In this document: positions 27,677 to 36,951 of the stretch, in pieces
How the letters are laid out: every line of letters begins with the position of its first letter
How positions within the stretch are numbered: the first letter of the stretch is position 1
Assembly: GCA_039028435.1 (NCBI GenBank)
Contig: JBCCIC010000007.1
Location: forward strand, 169,155-233,154
Source: Actinomycetota bacterium
GTDB lineage: Bacteria; Actinomycetota; Acidimicrobiia; Acidimicrobiales; UBA10347
DNA length: 64,000 bases
Direction of reading: 5' to 3'
Translations under genes and position numbers: made by a program
The notes under the pieces: model-generated
What the model was told of the DNA's origin: nothing
What the model saw: only the letters and a program-made list of their open reading frames with translations
The model's database searches: none

Positions 27677-30166
27677 TTATCCATCCTCGTTTGGGGACGC
27701 CGAACCTCGGCGAAGTGCGGCGATCGTCGCCTCCAGATCGGCCTCGCGATCGGCGCTCGAACGCTCGAGATGCGCGAGCTGAGCTTCCAGTTCGGCGAGC
27801 TTGCCTTGGTGATCACGCTCGGACTGTTCCTGCTCCTCGGCGAGGTTCTTGCGAGCCCATTCGGCCTGGGCTGCCGTCGTGGCGGACTCCTGCAGCAGGT
27901 TGCGGATCACCTCGTTGGTTCGCCGGCGTTCCTCCGACAGGCGTTCCTCGCTCCGGGCCAACAGCGACTCGAGTTCGGTCACTCGGTGCTCGAGACGGCG
28001 CCGCTCATCGCTGCTGCGGCGCCATGCAGCATCGACATCGGTGCGAGCTTGGTCAGCCCGACGGTTTGCGGCTTCTTCATCGCGTGCAGCGTCGCGGACT
28101 CGTTCCCGCAACGTCGCCTGTTCGTCGACGGCCGTGTCGAGTTGGCGGCGCAGCGTTTCGAGGGCGCGTTGATGGCCTTCCTCCAGGTCTGCGAGCACCC
28201 GAGCCTCGGCCTGTTCGCGTTGTTGGCGGTGGTGACTCTTGGCCTGGGAGATGCGTTCTTCGTAGGTCCGATGGAGCTGGTCGAGGGCTTGCTGGTGTTC
28301 GGCCTCGAGGGAGGCCATGACTCGCTCGCCCTCGGCCCGTTGTTGGGTCAGCAGGCTGCGATTGCTCTGGGCGAGTTCGGCCAAGGTCTGGCGGTGGTCG
28401 CGATGGAGCTGGTCGAGTTCTTCCTGGTTCTCGAGCCGGGCCTGGGCCACCGCCTTGGCATGGTCGACACGTTCGCTGTCGAGGGAGCGCTGGTAGCGCT
28501 CGACCTCGTCCTCGAGGAAGGCGTTCTGCTCGGCCAGTGACTCGGCGTTGGCACTTGGGGCCTGCTCCGACTCCTCGAACCTTCGGCGGAACCGCTCGAG
28601 CTGGTCCGATGTGGTGGCCAGCTCGAACTCGAGTTCCTGCACACGGTCTTCGAGGCGGGAACGGACGGTGTCGCGACGCTCCTCAGCCGAGGTCAGTTCG
28701 TCCCGAAGCTGGTCGACCTCGTCGCGGAGTCTGCTGGTTTCTTCGACGTGTGAGGCTCGGGACGCTTGTCGGTCCCGACGCGAAGCTCGACGCTCTCGAT
28801 CCAGGTTCCGGCGAGCGGTCACGAGGTCGTCGGACAGCTCCTCGATACGGGCCACGAGGGCGGAGACTTCCTCGCTCTGTCGACGGGCTCGCACGGGCAG
28901 GTCGATCGGAGGCTTCCAGGTGTAGAGGTCGTCTAGCGATTCGATCGGGTCTTCCGGGCGGGACGCGGCGAGGACCTCGTCGCTGAACCGCTCGTCACCC
29001 GTGGCGAATCGATCGATGAGGGGGTCGATGTTCGCGGTCGTGCGCTCGACGAGGGAGCGGAAACCACGCGCCGCCGGCTCGGCGGGTTCCGGTTCGGGCT
29101 CGGTTTGGCCCGCCTCGGGCTCTTCGGGCTCTTCGGGCGCGGGTTCTTCGGGCGCGGGTTCTTCGGGCGCGGGTTCTATCGGGTCTTCTTGATCGGCGTC
29201 CCCGGTTTCGGCAACCTCGGCTTCTTGGGAGTCGGTGTCGAGTGGGTCGGTGTCGTCGTCGGTCTCGTCGTCGTCACGCTCGTTGTGCTCGCGATTGGAA
29301 TCCTCGGCTTCGTCACTGGGCTCGTCGTCGGTCTCGGCGGCGGCTGCCTCGTCGCTGGGCATAGCGTCGTCGGCATCGGGTTCCTTGCTGCTCGTGGCAA
29401 CCGCGGGGATGGTGACCATCCAGAGCTCGTCGGCGTCGGTGGCGTCGATCTCGGCGACTTGCGCCGACGTCTCCTCGGGGATCGGCGCGACGCCGTCGGG
29501 TACGTCGACGTTGTCGTCGTGTACGTCGGGATCTTCGGCTGTGTCGGGCTCGCCGGGACCCGCGGCCTGCTCCTCGGGATGCGACGGTGCAAACTCTTCG
29601 ACGCTGTCGGGCGGCGATGCTTCGGAGGTCCATGCCGGGATGTACTCCGCGTCGGGGTCGCGCTGGCGGGGACGGAGGGCCGGCTGCAGCAACAGACCGA
29701 GGAGCGCACCGGAACCGACGCCGATCAGCGAGCCGAGCAGTCGGTTCGGCGAGGTCGGCGAGGTCGGCACGGGAGCCTCTTCGAGCAGGCGGATGCCCGG
29801 ATCGTCGCTCAACGCGACGAAGTCGCTTGCGGTTTCGTTGGCGATGAATTCGGCGTCGCTCGCCGTTTCCGCCGCGCCGATCAGCCGCACGGTGGAACCG
29901 TCGAACTCCACGCGAAGGTCGCCATCCTCGCCGACGAAGGTGTTCTGGAGGTCCGCTCCGAAGAGTTCCTCAGCGTCGGTGCCCGAGGGGAGTCCGACGA
30001 CGGCCGTGGACTCGTAGCGCTGTGGCATCCGGCTCATGATCACGGTGGCCACGATGGCCCCCACGCCCATCAGAATGATCACGAAACTGAGGCGTTGGAG
30101 CACGCGTCGCGATGGCGCCTCCGGGGCGTCGTCATCGACGCCCGCGAGTTCGCTCATCGACTTCAT
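27677..30166 (-). CDS. Membrane-anchored coiled-coil protein with a Wzz/PCP-like N-terminal two-TM module (paralog B)
   Basis: The architecture matches paralog A: TM1 (LSFVIILMGVGAIVATVIM), YESTAVV, a loop, PVPTSPTSPNRLLGSLIGVGSGALLGLLL (TM2), an acidic/PAPEE repeat linker and a long coiled coil. The start is placed at ATG 30166 (MKSMSELAG). The gene lies 18 nt upstream of paralog A. Confidence 0.7.
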   Translation of the reverse strand: MKSMSELAGVDDDAPEAPSRRVLQRLSFVIILMGVGAIVATVIMSRMPQRYESTAVVGLPSGTDAEELFGADLQNTFVGEDGDLRVEFDGSTVRLIGAAETASDAEFIANETASDFVALSDDPGIRLLEEAPVPTSPTSPNRLLGSLIGVGSGALLGLLLQPALRPRQRDPDAEYIPAWTSEASPPDSVEEFAPSHPEEQAAGPGEPDTAEDPDVHDDNVDVPDGVAPIPEETSAQVAEIDATDADELWMVTIPAVATSSKEPDADDAMPSDEAAAAETDDEPSDEAEDSNREHNERDDDETDDDTDPLDTDSQEAEVAETGDADQEDPIEPAPEEPAPEEPAPEEPEEPEAGQTEPEPEPAEPAARGFRSLVERTTANIDPLIDRFATGDERFSDEVLAASRPEDPIESLDDLYTWKPPIDLPVRARRQSEEVSALVARIEELSDDLVTARRNLDRERRASRRDRQASRASHVEETSRLRDEVDQLRDELTSAEERRDTVRSRLEDRVQELEFELATTSDQLERFRRRFEESEQAPSANAESLAEQNAFLEDEVERYQRSLDSERVDHAKAVAQARLENQEELDQLHRDHRQTLAELAQSNRSLLTQQRAEGERVMASLEAEHQQALDQLHRTYEERISQAKSHHRQQREQAEARVLADLEEGHQRALETLRRQLDTAVDEQATLRERVRDAARDEEAANRRADQARTDVDAAWRRSSDERRRLEHRVTELESLLARSEERLSEERRRTNEVIRNLLQESATTAAQAEWARKNLAEEQEQSERDHQGKLAELEAQLAHLERSSADREADLEATIAALRRGSASPNEDG
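29117..29179. repeat. Tandem 9-nt (x2) and 15-nt (x3) repeats (coding; PAPEE units)
   Basis: gggctcttc occurs twice, followed by gggcgcgggttcttc twice and a variant copy. On the minus strand they encode PAPEEPAPEEPAPEEPEEPE. Confidence 0.8.
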
Positions 30167-30298
30167 CGCAGGGGCAACGCTACTCACCCGGCATTGTCCA
30201 GCACGGGAGCCTCGATCCCTCGGAGCCTCGAGCGATGACCGTTCGGGGTCGGCCAAGTACTGTCGGCCCAGCGCACGCCAGCCCTGAGGAGCAGCACC

Positions 30299-31135
30299 AT
30301 GGCCACCATCGTCGACACCGGTACCGAGGACCTGCAGGCCAGGATCGAGAATCGTGTGGGCGTCCTGGCCTTCAACCGGCCCGAGGCGCGCAATGCGCTC
30401 TCCCCGGGGATGTACCTCGGTATCGATGCCGCGCTCACCGCCATGCGAGCTGACGACGAGGTCCGCTGCGTGATGCTGACCGGGGCCAACGGAGCGTTCT
30501 GCGCCGGCGGCGACGTCAAGGCAATGAACCAGTCGAACCAAACCGGCACCGGTCCTCGGGCCGAGATGTCCAACGAGGAGCGCATCGCCGACATTCAACG
30601 TCGTCAGCGCTCCGTCTCACTCGCCCTGCACGAGTTCCCCAAGCCGGTCGTGGCGGCGATCGAGGGTGCGTGTGCGGGTGCCGGGTTCTCCATGGCGATG
30701 GCCACCGACATGCGCATTGCTACGCCGGATGCGCTGATCGTGACCGCCTTCGCCAACATCGGTGCGTCGGGCGACTTCGGCGGGTCGTGGTTCCTCAGCC
30801 GCTTGCTCGGCGAGGCCAAGGCCAAAGAGCTCTACTTTCGATCGCCGAGGCTGTCGGGTATCGAGGCCGCCGAGATCGGGCTCGTCAATGAGGTGCTCGA
30901 TGGCGAGGGCACCTTTCAGGAGCAGGCCCTGCTTTGGTGCGAGGACATCGCCGCTCGGGCACCGCTGGCGCTCAGCAAGATGAAGGAGAACATCAATCGG
31001 GCGACGACGGTCGACCTGGCGACGGCCCTCGACCGCGAGGCCGAGAACATGGTGCTCACCATGCGCAGCCAGGACCACAAGGAGGCCGCAGCTGCCTTCG
31101 TGGAGAAGCGAACCCCGGTCTTTCGCGGCGAATAG
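30299..31135 (+). CDS. Enoyl-CoA hydratase/isomerase (crotonase) family protein
   Basis: The pattern LTGANGAFCAGGDVKAM...AAIEGACAGAGFSMAMATDMRIA supports the call. Confidence 0.85.
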   Translation: MATIVDTGTEDLQARIENRVGVLAFNRPEARNALSPGMYLGIDAALTAMRADDEVRCVMLTGANGAFCAGGDVKAMNQSNQTGTGPRAEMSNEERIADIQRRQRSVSLALHEFPKPVVAAIEGACAGAGFSMAMATDMRIATPDALIVTAFANIGASGDFGGSWFLSRLLGEAKAKELYFRSPRLSGIEAAEIGLVNEVLDGEGTFQEQALLWCEDIAARAPLALSKMKENINRATTVDLATALDREAENMVLTMRSQDHKEAAAAFVEKRTPVFRGE

Positions 31136-31156
31136 CGCTCGGCGGCTCCGTCGCCC

Positions 31157-34100
31157 TCAGCGCTGCCGAAGCGCTGCGGTGGCGACGTCATCGACGACCA
31201 ACGTGTCCGCATCGATGGCCACGCCGTAGTCGCTCGCAGCCGCGCCGATCGAAACGACGCCATCGCGCACGTCGCGTAGCACCTGGTCGACGGGGCGTTC
31301 GAACGCATCACCCCAGCCGCCGCCGCCCGGCGTCCAGGCGATCATGCGCGCCGGGCCGAGCCGTTGCACGCCGTACTTGGGTGGCGTGAACCGGTCTTCG
31401 TCGACCGGATCGATCCATTCGTGGCCGACACCGCCTTCGCCGCCACCCTGCACGCCATGGCCGCTGACCGAGCCCAGGCCTTCGGCTCGGAATGACCAGA
31501 TCGCGGGCTCGAGCACGTCGGCCTCGTAGACCACACCCGTGCCGCCGCGGCGAAGCCCCGGCCCGGCGTTGTCGCAGCGCTGCTCATGACGCACGTAGCG
31601 CACGGGGAACTGCTGCTCATGGAACTCCAGGTTCGGGATGTCGAGGCCGCCGAGGCTGATCAGGTGGCCCATCTGGGCGAACCCGTCACGCTCGGCTGTC
31701 GCCCCTGGGGTTCCCATGGCGTGCCAGTGGTACATCACCCATGTGGTGCCGTCGTCGCGCTTGCCGGCGACATGGCCGTGCATCGTCTTCGACCAGGCGG
31801 CACACGCACGCTCGGGCGCTGCCTGGGCAAGGGCTTGCCACACGGCGATCACGATCTCATGAGCGACATAGACGGTGTTCATCGTCATCGGCGCCGGCGG
31901 GAGCGCGTTCACGATCGATCCCTCAGGGGCGATGATCGTGACACCTCGATACGTGCCTTCGTTGCGGGGAATCGTCGTGTCGAAGAACGACGAGATCGCC
32001 AGATACGCCGAGGAATACGTATTGGCAAGTGAGCTGTTCTTGAAGCCCTCGATCTGGTCATCGCTCCCGGTGAAATCGAGGGTCATCTCGTCGCCGTCGA
32101 TCGTGAGCGCAACCCGTACGGCGATGTCGCGTGCCTCGAAACAATCATTGTCCGAGTGGTCCTCCCCGTGGAAGACGCCGTCCGGCATAGCCCGCACCGC
32201 CGTTCGCAGGCGCCGATCTGCGTGATCGAGCACACCATCGAGGTAGCGGAGGTAGGGCTCCTCGCCGAGCTCGTGGACCAGGCCCTGCACCCGCTCGCCG
32301 CCGATGCGGGTTGAGCCGATCATCGCCAAGAGATCGCCATCAAGCAGCTCCGGCGTGCGGCAGTTGATCAGCAGCAGCTCCCAGAGGTCGTCCCGCACGC
32401 GACCTTGTTCGATGAGCTTGAGGACCGGCAGCCGGATCCCTTCCTGCCAGATCTCGGTCGCTTGTGGGTTGTATGTGCCGGCCAGGCCGCCGCCGATGTC
32501 GTTCTGGTGGGCCCGATTGCAGCAGAAGCCGACCAGGGTGTCCTCGACGAAGATCGGCCGTGCGATGACCCAGTCCGGCAGGTGGTTTCCGCCAGCTACA
32601 TACGGGTCGGAGAGCAGGAACACGTCCTCGGGCTCGATGCGACCAGCGAAGCGATCGAGCACCGCGCGGACGGCGAAGCCACCGCCGCCGGTGTGGATCG
32701 GGATGCCGTCGGCGTTGGCCACCAAGGTGCCGTCGGGGGTCGTGATGAAGCAGCTGAAGTCGTGGCTCTGGCTGAAGATGGTGCTGCGAGCCGTCCGAGT
32801 CATGACCCAGCCCATGTGGCGGGTGATCTGGTCGAGCCGGTTCTGCATCAGCGCGAGGATGATCGGGTCCATGTCGGCTCGTGTGCTCGGCTCCTCGGCG
32901 ACAGGTTCGGCCGTGCGGGCCAACACGTCGAGCTCGATCACGAAGTCACCGCTCGGATCGACGAACAGCTCGTCGCGTGGTCGCACGACGACCGTGGTCG
33001 TCAGTTCTTCGACCAGTGCTGGGCCGGCGATTCGGGCACCTGGCCGTAGGCGCGCGCCGTCGTACACGTCGCTGTCACACCATCCGTCGTCGCCGAAGAA
33101 CACGGAACGATTGGCCAGTGCGACGGGGGACTCGGCCGACTCGGGAAGGACCGGCGAGGCGATTGCACCGGTGGAGGCGCTGGCGATGAGCCGGAGCGAG
33201 GCCAACATGATCGTGCCGTCGGGCTGCACGTGCCCGTACAACCGTTGGTACTCCTCCTCGAACGATGCTCGGGCCGCCGCCGGGTCGAAGGCCGCGCCGT
33301 CGAGGCGGACGCGCACGCTCCAGATCTGGCCGGGATGATGGAGCTCCAGCTCGTACCGCAGGTCCACGTCAGCGGCGTCGATCCCTTCGGCGGCCATCAC
33401 TCCGAGGGCGTTGTCGCGCAGGTCGTCGAATCCCGCCGTGACGAGGGAGCGCTCGATGGTGTCCAGCGACCCCACGAGCACCTTGGTGAAGTCCTGGCGG
33501 ATGTCGGCATGCAGCATGCCGATCGCACACAGGGCGCCGGCGGCCCGTGGGATGTACACCGTCGGCGAACCGAGACCGGCAGCGATCTGGGCCCCGTGCA
33601 TCGGGCCGGCGCCACCCGCGGCAACGAGAGGGAATCGACGGGGGGAGTGACCCCGCTCGATCGAGATGTGTTCCACGGCACTGAGCAGGTGCTGTTCGGT
33701 CAGCTCGATGATGCCGGCCGCTGCCGCCTCGACCGTCATGTCGAGCGGCTCGGCGACATGTGTGCGGATGGCCTCGACGGCCGCGTCGAGATCGAGATCG
33801 AGTGTGCCGCCTGCCGACTTGCCAGGGCGGAGGCGTCCGAGCACCAGGTGGGCGTCGGTGACCGTCGGCTCTGTTCCGCCGCGGCCATAGGAGGCGGGGC
33901 CCGGGTCGGCGCCAGCGCCTTCGGGACCGACCACGAGCAGACCGGCGTCGTCGACCCGAGCGATCGTGCCGCCACCGGCACCGATGGTGTGAATGTCGAT
34001 GGCCGGCGTCGACACGAGGTAGCCGGCGATCGAGGTCTCGTCGCGCGTGGCGACCTCGCGGTTCGCCATCAGGAGCACGTCGCACGACGTGCCGCCGATC

Positions 34101-35020
34101 TCCATCGAGATCACGTGGCCGGGGTCGTGGGCGAGGTCAAGATCGTCGACGGCGCTCGAGTACAGGTTCAGGGCACCGACGGCGGCGGCTGGGCCGCTGA
34201 GGAGCAGATTGACCGGCCGATCGGCGAGCTGCTCGACCGAAGCTGCGCCACCGTTGGATTGCACCAGCAAGAGGGCGGTTGTGAGCCCGCGTTCGTGGAG
34301 GTCAGCCTCGAGCGATCGCAGATAGCCGACGATGCGTGGCATGAGCGTGGCGTTGACGACTGCGGTCGACGTCCGTTCGTACTCGCCCATGAGGGGTGAG
34401 ACCGCGGCGGATGTCGTCACCCAGTCGCCCGACCACCGTTCCGCGACGGCGCCACGGAGCTCTTGCTCGTGTGCGTCGTTGGCGTAGCCGTTCATCAGGG
34501 CGATTGCGATCGATTCGACACCCTCGTCCTCGAAGCCCCGCAATGTCGCGTCGAGGTCAGTGGTGTCGAGCGGTCGGTGCACGGTCCCGTCGGCGTCGAC
34601 TCGCTCGGGGACCGGTTGACGGAGATAGCGCGGCACCAATGGCGGCGCGTAGGGCGCTCGGTGATTCCACTGATCGTCGCGAAGGCCTCGGCGGATCTCG
34701 ATGACATCCCGGAAGCCCTCGGTGCAGAGCAGCCCGACGGTTGCTCCCTTGCCTTCGAGCATGGTGTTGGTGGCGATCGTCGACCCGTGCACGAAGTGTG
34801 CACAATCGGCCAGGACCGCGGCGGTGGGGAGGCCGAGGTCGACCGCCATTCGCTCGAGTGCGTCGAGCACACCCCGGCTCGGGTCGGTCGGCACCGAGGG
34901 CACCTTGGAGACCCAGGTTCGTCCTTCGGCATCGGCGAGCACGAGGTCGGTGAAGGTGCCCCCGACATCGACCCCGATGCGCCACGGTGCTGTTGGTCGG
35001 CTCGGTTCATCCGTCGGCAT
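31157..35020 (-). CDS. Fused hydantoinase/oxoprolinase (HyuA-like + HyuB-like in one polypeptide)
   Basis: The N-terminus WRIGVDVGGTFTDLV is hydantoinase A-like and the C-terminal half is hydantoinase B-like (ILALMQNRLDQITRHMG...SHDFSC). The ATG at 35020 is preceded by GAGGAG. Confidence 0.85.
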   Translation of the reverse strand: MPTDEPSRPTAPWRIGVDVGGTFTDLVLADAEGRTWVSKVPSVPTDPSRGVLDALERMAVDLGLPTAAVLADCAHFVHGSTIATNTMLEGKGATVGLLCTEGFRDVIEIRRGLRDDQWNHRAPYAPPLVPRYLRQPVPERVDADGTVHRPLDTTDLDATLRGFEDEGVESIAIALMNGYANDAHEQELRGAVAERWSGDWVTTSAAVSPLMGEYERTSTAVVNATLMPRIVGYLRSLEADLHERGLTTALLLVQSNGGAASVEQLADRPVNLLLSGPAAAVGALNLYSSAVDDLDLAHDPGHVISMEIGGTSCDVLLMANREVATRDETSIAGYLVSTPAIDIHTIGAGGGTIARVDDAGLLVVGPEGAGADPGPASYGRGGTEPTVTDAHLVLGRLRPGKSAGGTLDLDLDAAVEAIRTHVAEPLDMTVEAAAAGIIELTEQHLLSAVEHISIERGHSPRRFPLVAAGGAGPMHGAQIAAGLGSPTVYIPRAAGALCAIGMLHADIRQDFTKVLVGSLDTIERSLVTAGFDDLRDNALGVMAAEGIDAADVDLRYELELHHPGQIWSVRVRLDGAAFDPAAARASFEEEYQRLYGHVQPDGTIMLASLRLIASASTGAIASPVLPESAESPVALANRSVFFGDDGWCDSDVYDGARLRPGARIAGPALVEELTTTVVVRPRDELFVDPSGDFVIELDVLARTAEPVAEEPSTRADMDPIILALMQNRLDQITRHMGWVMTRTARSTIFSQSHDFSCFITTPDGTLVANADGIPIHTGGGGFAVRAVLDRFAGRIEPEDVFLLSDPYVAGGNHLPDWVIARPIFVEDTLVGFCCNRAHQNDIGGGLAGTYNPQATEIWQEGIRLPVLKLIEQGRVRDDLWELLLINCRTPELLDGDLLAMIGSTRIGGERVQGLVHELGEEPYLRYLDGVLDHADRRLRTAVRAMPDGVFHGEDHSDNDCFEARDIAVRVALTIDGDEMTLDFTGSDDQIEGFKNSSLANTYSSAYLAISSFFDTTIPRNEGTYRGVTIIAPEGSIVNALPPAPMTMNTVYVAHEIVIAVWQALAQAAPERACAAWSKTMHGHVAGKRDDGTTWVMYHWHAMGTPGATAERDGFAQMGHLISLGGLDIPNLEFHEQQFPVRYVRHEQRCDNAGPGLRRGGTGVVYEADVLEPAIWSFRAEGLGSVSGHGVQGGGEGGVGHEWIDPVDEDRFTPPKYGVQRLGPARMIAWTPGGGGWGDAFERPVDQVLRDVRDGVVSIGAAASDYGVAIDADTLVVDDVATAALRQR

Positions 35021-35116
35021 CGGCGCTCCTCGCTGTCCCGACCGACGGTACTCACCCAGGCAGCGGCGGTCCGAATGCCCAGGGAGTGCGGTGAACCGCA
35101 GCAACACGATCTGCAG

Positions 35117-36853
35117 TTACACGGTGCGGTACCAGTCGGCGAGGACATCGAAGGCCAGCTTGCGCTCGCCCTCCTCACTCACCAGGCCCTTGCGGTTGTA
35201 GCCGTCCTGGATGCCGGGGAGCGCACGCATCGGCGTGCGGAAGTCCTTGAGGATCCAGGGGCTGAGGCCCACGCAGTCTTCCTGCGCCGCGATCATCTCG
35301 ATCTGCGCCCGGTAGACGGCGGCTTGGAACTCCTCGGTCCAGATCTGGTTTTCGGTGCCGTGGTGGCCGGCCTTCGCCCCCGCCCCGAGCTCGGTGAAGA
35401 TGATCGGCTTGCTCCAGTCCGAGGTCCACCGTTTGCTGGGAATGTCCTCGCGATCGCCGTAGTACCAGCCGTAGTACTGGTTGATCCCGATCACGTCGAC
35501 GTGCTCGCCTAGAGGGTCATCGATGTGTGTTTCGAGTCCTCGCTCCGGAAGCGTGAACAGCGCGGCAGACACCAGGCGGGTCGGGTCGAGTTCGCGGACG
35601 CCGTCGATCAGGCTGGTCAGGAAGCGGTTGCGGTCGTGCCCAGGAAGCGTTTCGTTGGCCACCGACCACAACACGACCGAGGCGCGGGCGCGGTCACGGA
35701 CGACGAGCTCTGCGGCTTGGTCCTGGGCGTTGGCAAGCGTGGCTTGGTTGGTCCAGTCGATGCCCCAATAGACGGGAAGCTCGCACCAGGCAAGGAGGCC
35801 ACGGCGGTCCGCCTCGAGGACCATGGCTTCGTCGTGCTGGTAGTGGGCAAGTCGGACGAAGTTGGCGCCGAGGTCCTGCGCCCAACCGAGGAGTGTGCTG
35901 GCATCGTCGTCGCCGCTTGCTCGGCGACCGCCCGACGGGCCCTCGGCGTGCAGTGAGATGCCCTTGAGGAAAATCTCCTCACCGTTGACCAGCACCCGGT
36001 TCCCCCGAGTTTCGACCGTGCGGAAGCCGATCGATTCCGTCAGGGAGTCTTCCGCTGCGGTGAAGACGACGTCGTAGAGCCGTGGCGCACCGGGGTGCCA
36101 TCGTTCGATCTCGGCGGACGTGTCGATGCGGAAGCGCTCTCCGACGGTGACCTCGGCGGTGAACCCCACCTCGGGAATCGAGATCGTCGCCCGGCCGCCA
36201 GCGTCGCCGTCGCAATTGACCTCGCCCACGAGGGCGCCAGAGGCATCGAGCGTGAGCCAGGCCGAGCTGATGAAGGTCGACGGCAGTTGCACGAGCGACA
36301 CCGAGCGATGCAAACCGCCGAAGTTGAACCAGTCGGTCCGCATCGCCGGCACTCGTTCAGGCTGGCGGCGGGCTTCGACCATCACGACCAGCGAATGCTC
36401 GCCGGGCTGCAGCCTGCCGGTCGCCTCGACTGCGAACGGTCCGTATCCGCCCTCGTGAGATCCCAGCTCCTCGCCATCGAGGAACACCCGACAGGTGTGG
36501 TTGACGGCGCCGAAGTGGATGAAGCTGCGCGCTTCGGGTGCGGCATCGATCGTGAAGATCCGTCGGTACCAGACCAGCTCCTCGTAGAAGTAGAGCTCGG
36601 GTGCCTGGGTGTTCCAGTCGCCCGGCACCTGGAGCACCATCGATGTGTCGAAGTCGTACTCGACCCGGTCGCCCTCATGGCGGGGCGTGAAGTCGCGAAA
36701 CCAGCCGCGCGGATTCCAGTCGCCCGTGATGGTGACGGCGCCGGTGCCGTACTGGTCGGGAATCGCCCGCCATTCGCCATCGAGCGAGGTCACCTGACCC
36801 GCCCTGGTGCGGCTGTGGAGGTGGGTGAACAGCGTGGTGCCCGAGTTGGCCAT
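35117..36853 (-). CDS. Glycoside hydrolase family 2 (beta-glucuronidase/beta-galactosidase-like)
   Basis: GH2 sugar-binding, Ig-like and TIM-barrel domains appear in order. Motifs include NFVRLAHYQ, WSVANE (acid/base) and IIFTELGAG (nucleophile). Confidence 0.8.
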   Translation of the reverse strand: MANSGTTLFTHLHSRTRAGQVTSLDGEWRAIPDQYGTGAVTITGDWNPRGWFRDFTPRHEGDRVEYDFDTSMVLQVPGDWNTQAPELYFYEELVWYRRIFTIDAAPEARSFIHFGAVNHTCRVFLDGEELGSHEGGYGPFAVEATGRLQPGEHSLVVMVEARRQPERVPAMRTDWFNFGGLHRSVSLVQLPSTFISSAWLTLDASGALVGEVNCDGDAGGRATISIPEVGFTAEVTVGERFRIDTSAEIERWHPGAPRLYDVVFTAAEDSLTESIGFRTVETRGNRVLVNGEEIFLKGISLHAEGPSGGRRASGDDDASTLLGWAQDLGANFVRLAHYQHDEAMVLEADRRGLLAWCELPVYWGIDWTNQATLANAQDQAAELVVRDRARASVVLWSVANETLPGHDRNRFLTSLIDGVRELDPTRLVSAALFTLPERGLETHIDDPLGEHVDVIGINQYYGWYYGDREDIPSKRWTSDWSKPIIFTELGAGAKAGHHGTENQIWTEEFQAAVYRAQIEMIAAQEDCVGLSPWILKDFRTPMRALPGIQDGYNRKGLVSEEGERKLAFDVLADWYRTV

Positions 36854-36951
36854 GTCGCCACGCTAGTCAGGCGTCCATTCCGGCTCGCTTTCGCCGCGGA
36901 GTAGCTTGAGTTCCAGCTGCTCGGGTGCGGGCGGCCGAAGGGGGAGAAGCG

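Noticed and set aside
30167-30598. An N-terminal 144-codon extension of coiled-coil paralog B (track start 30598), and similar long 5' extensions at 8224, 13270, 22989, 24516, 39918, 41793, 49586 and 51645.
   Set aside because: The extensions overlap divergent or upstream genes or promoters and lack coding-like composition. Internal starts give sensible N-termini such as signal peptides, lipoboxes, RBSs or family-typical starts.
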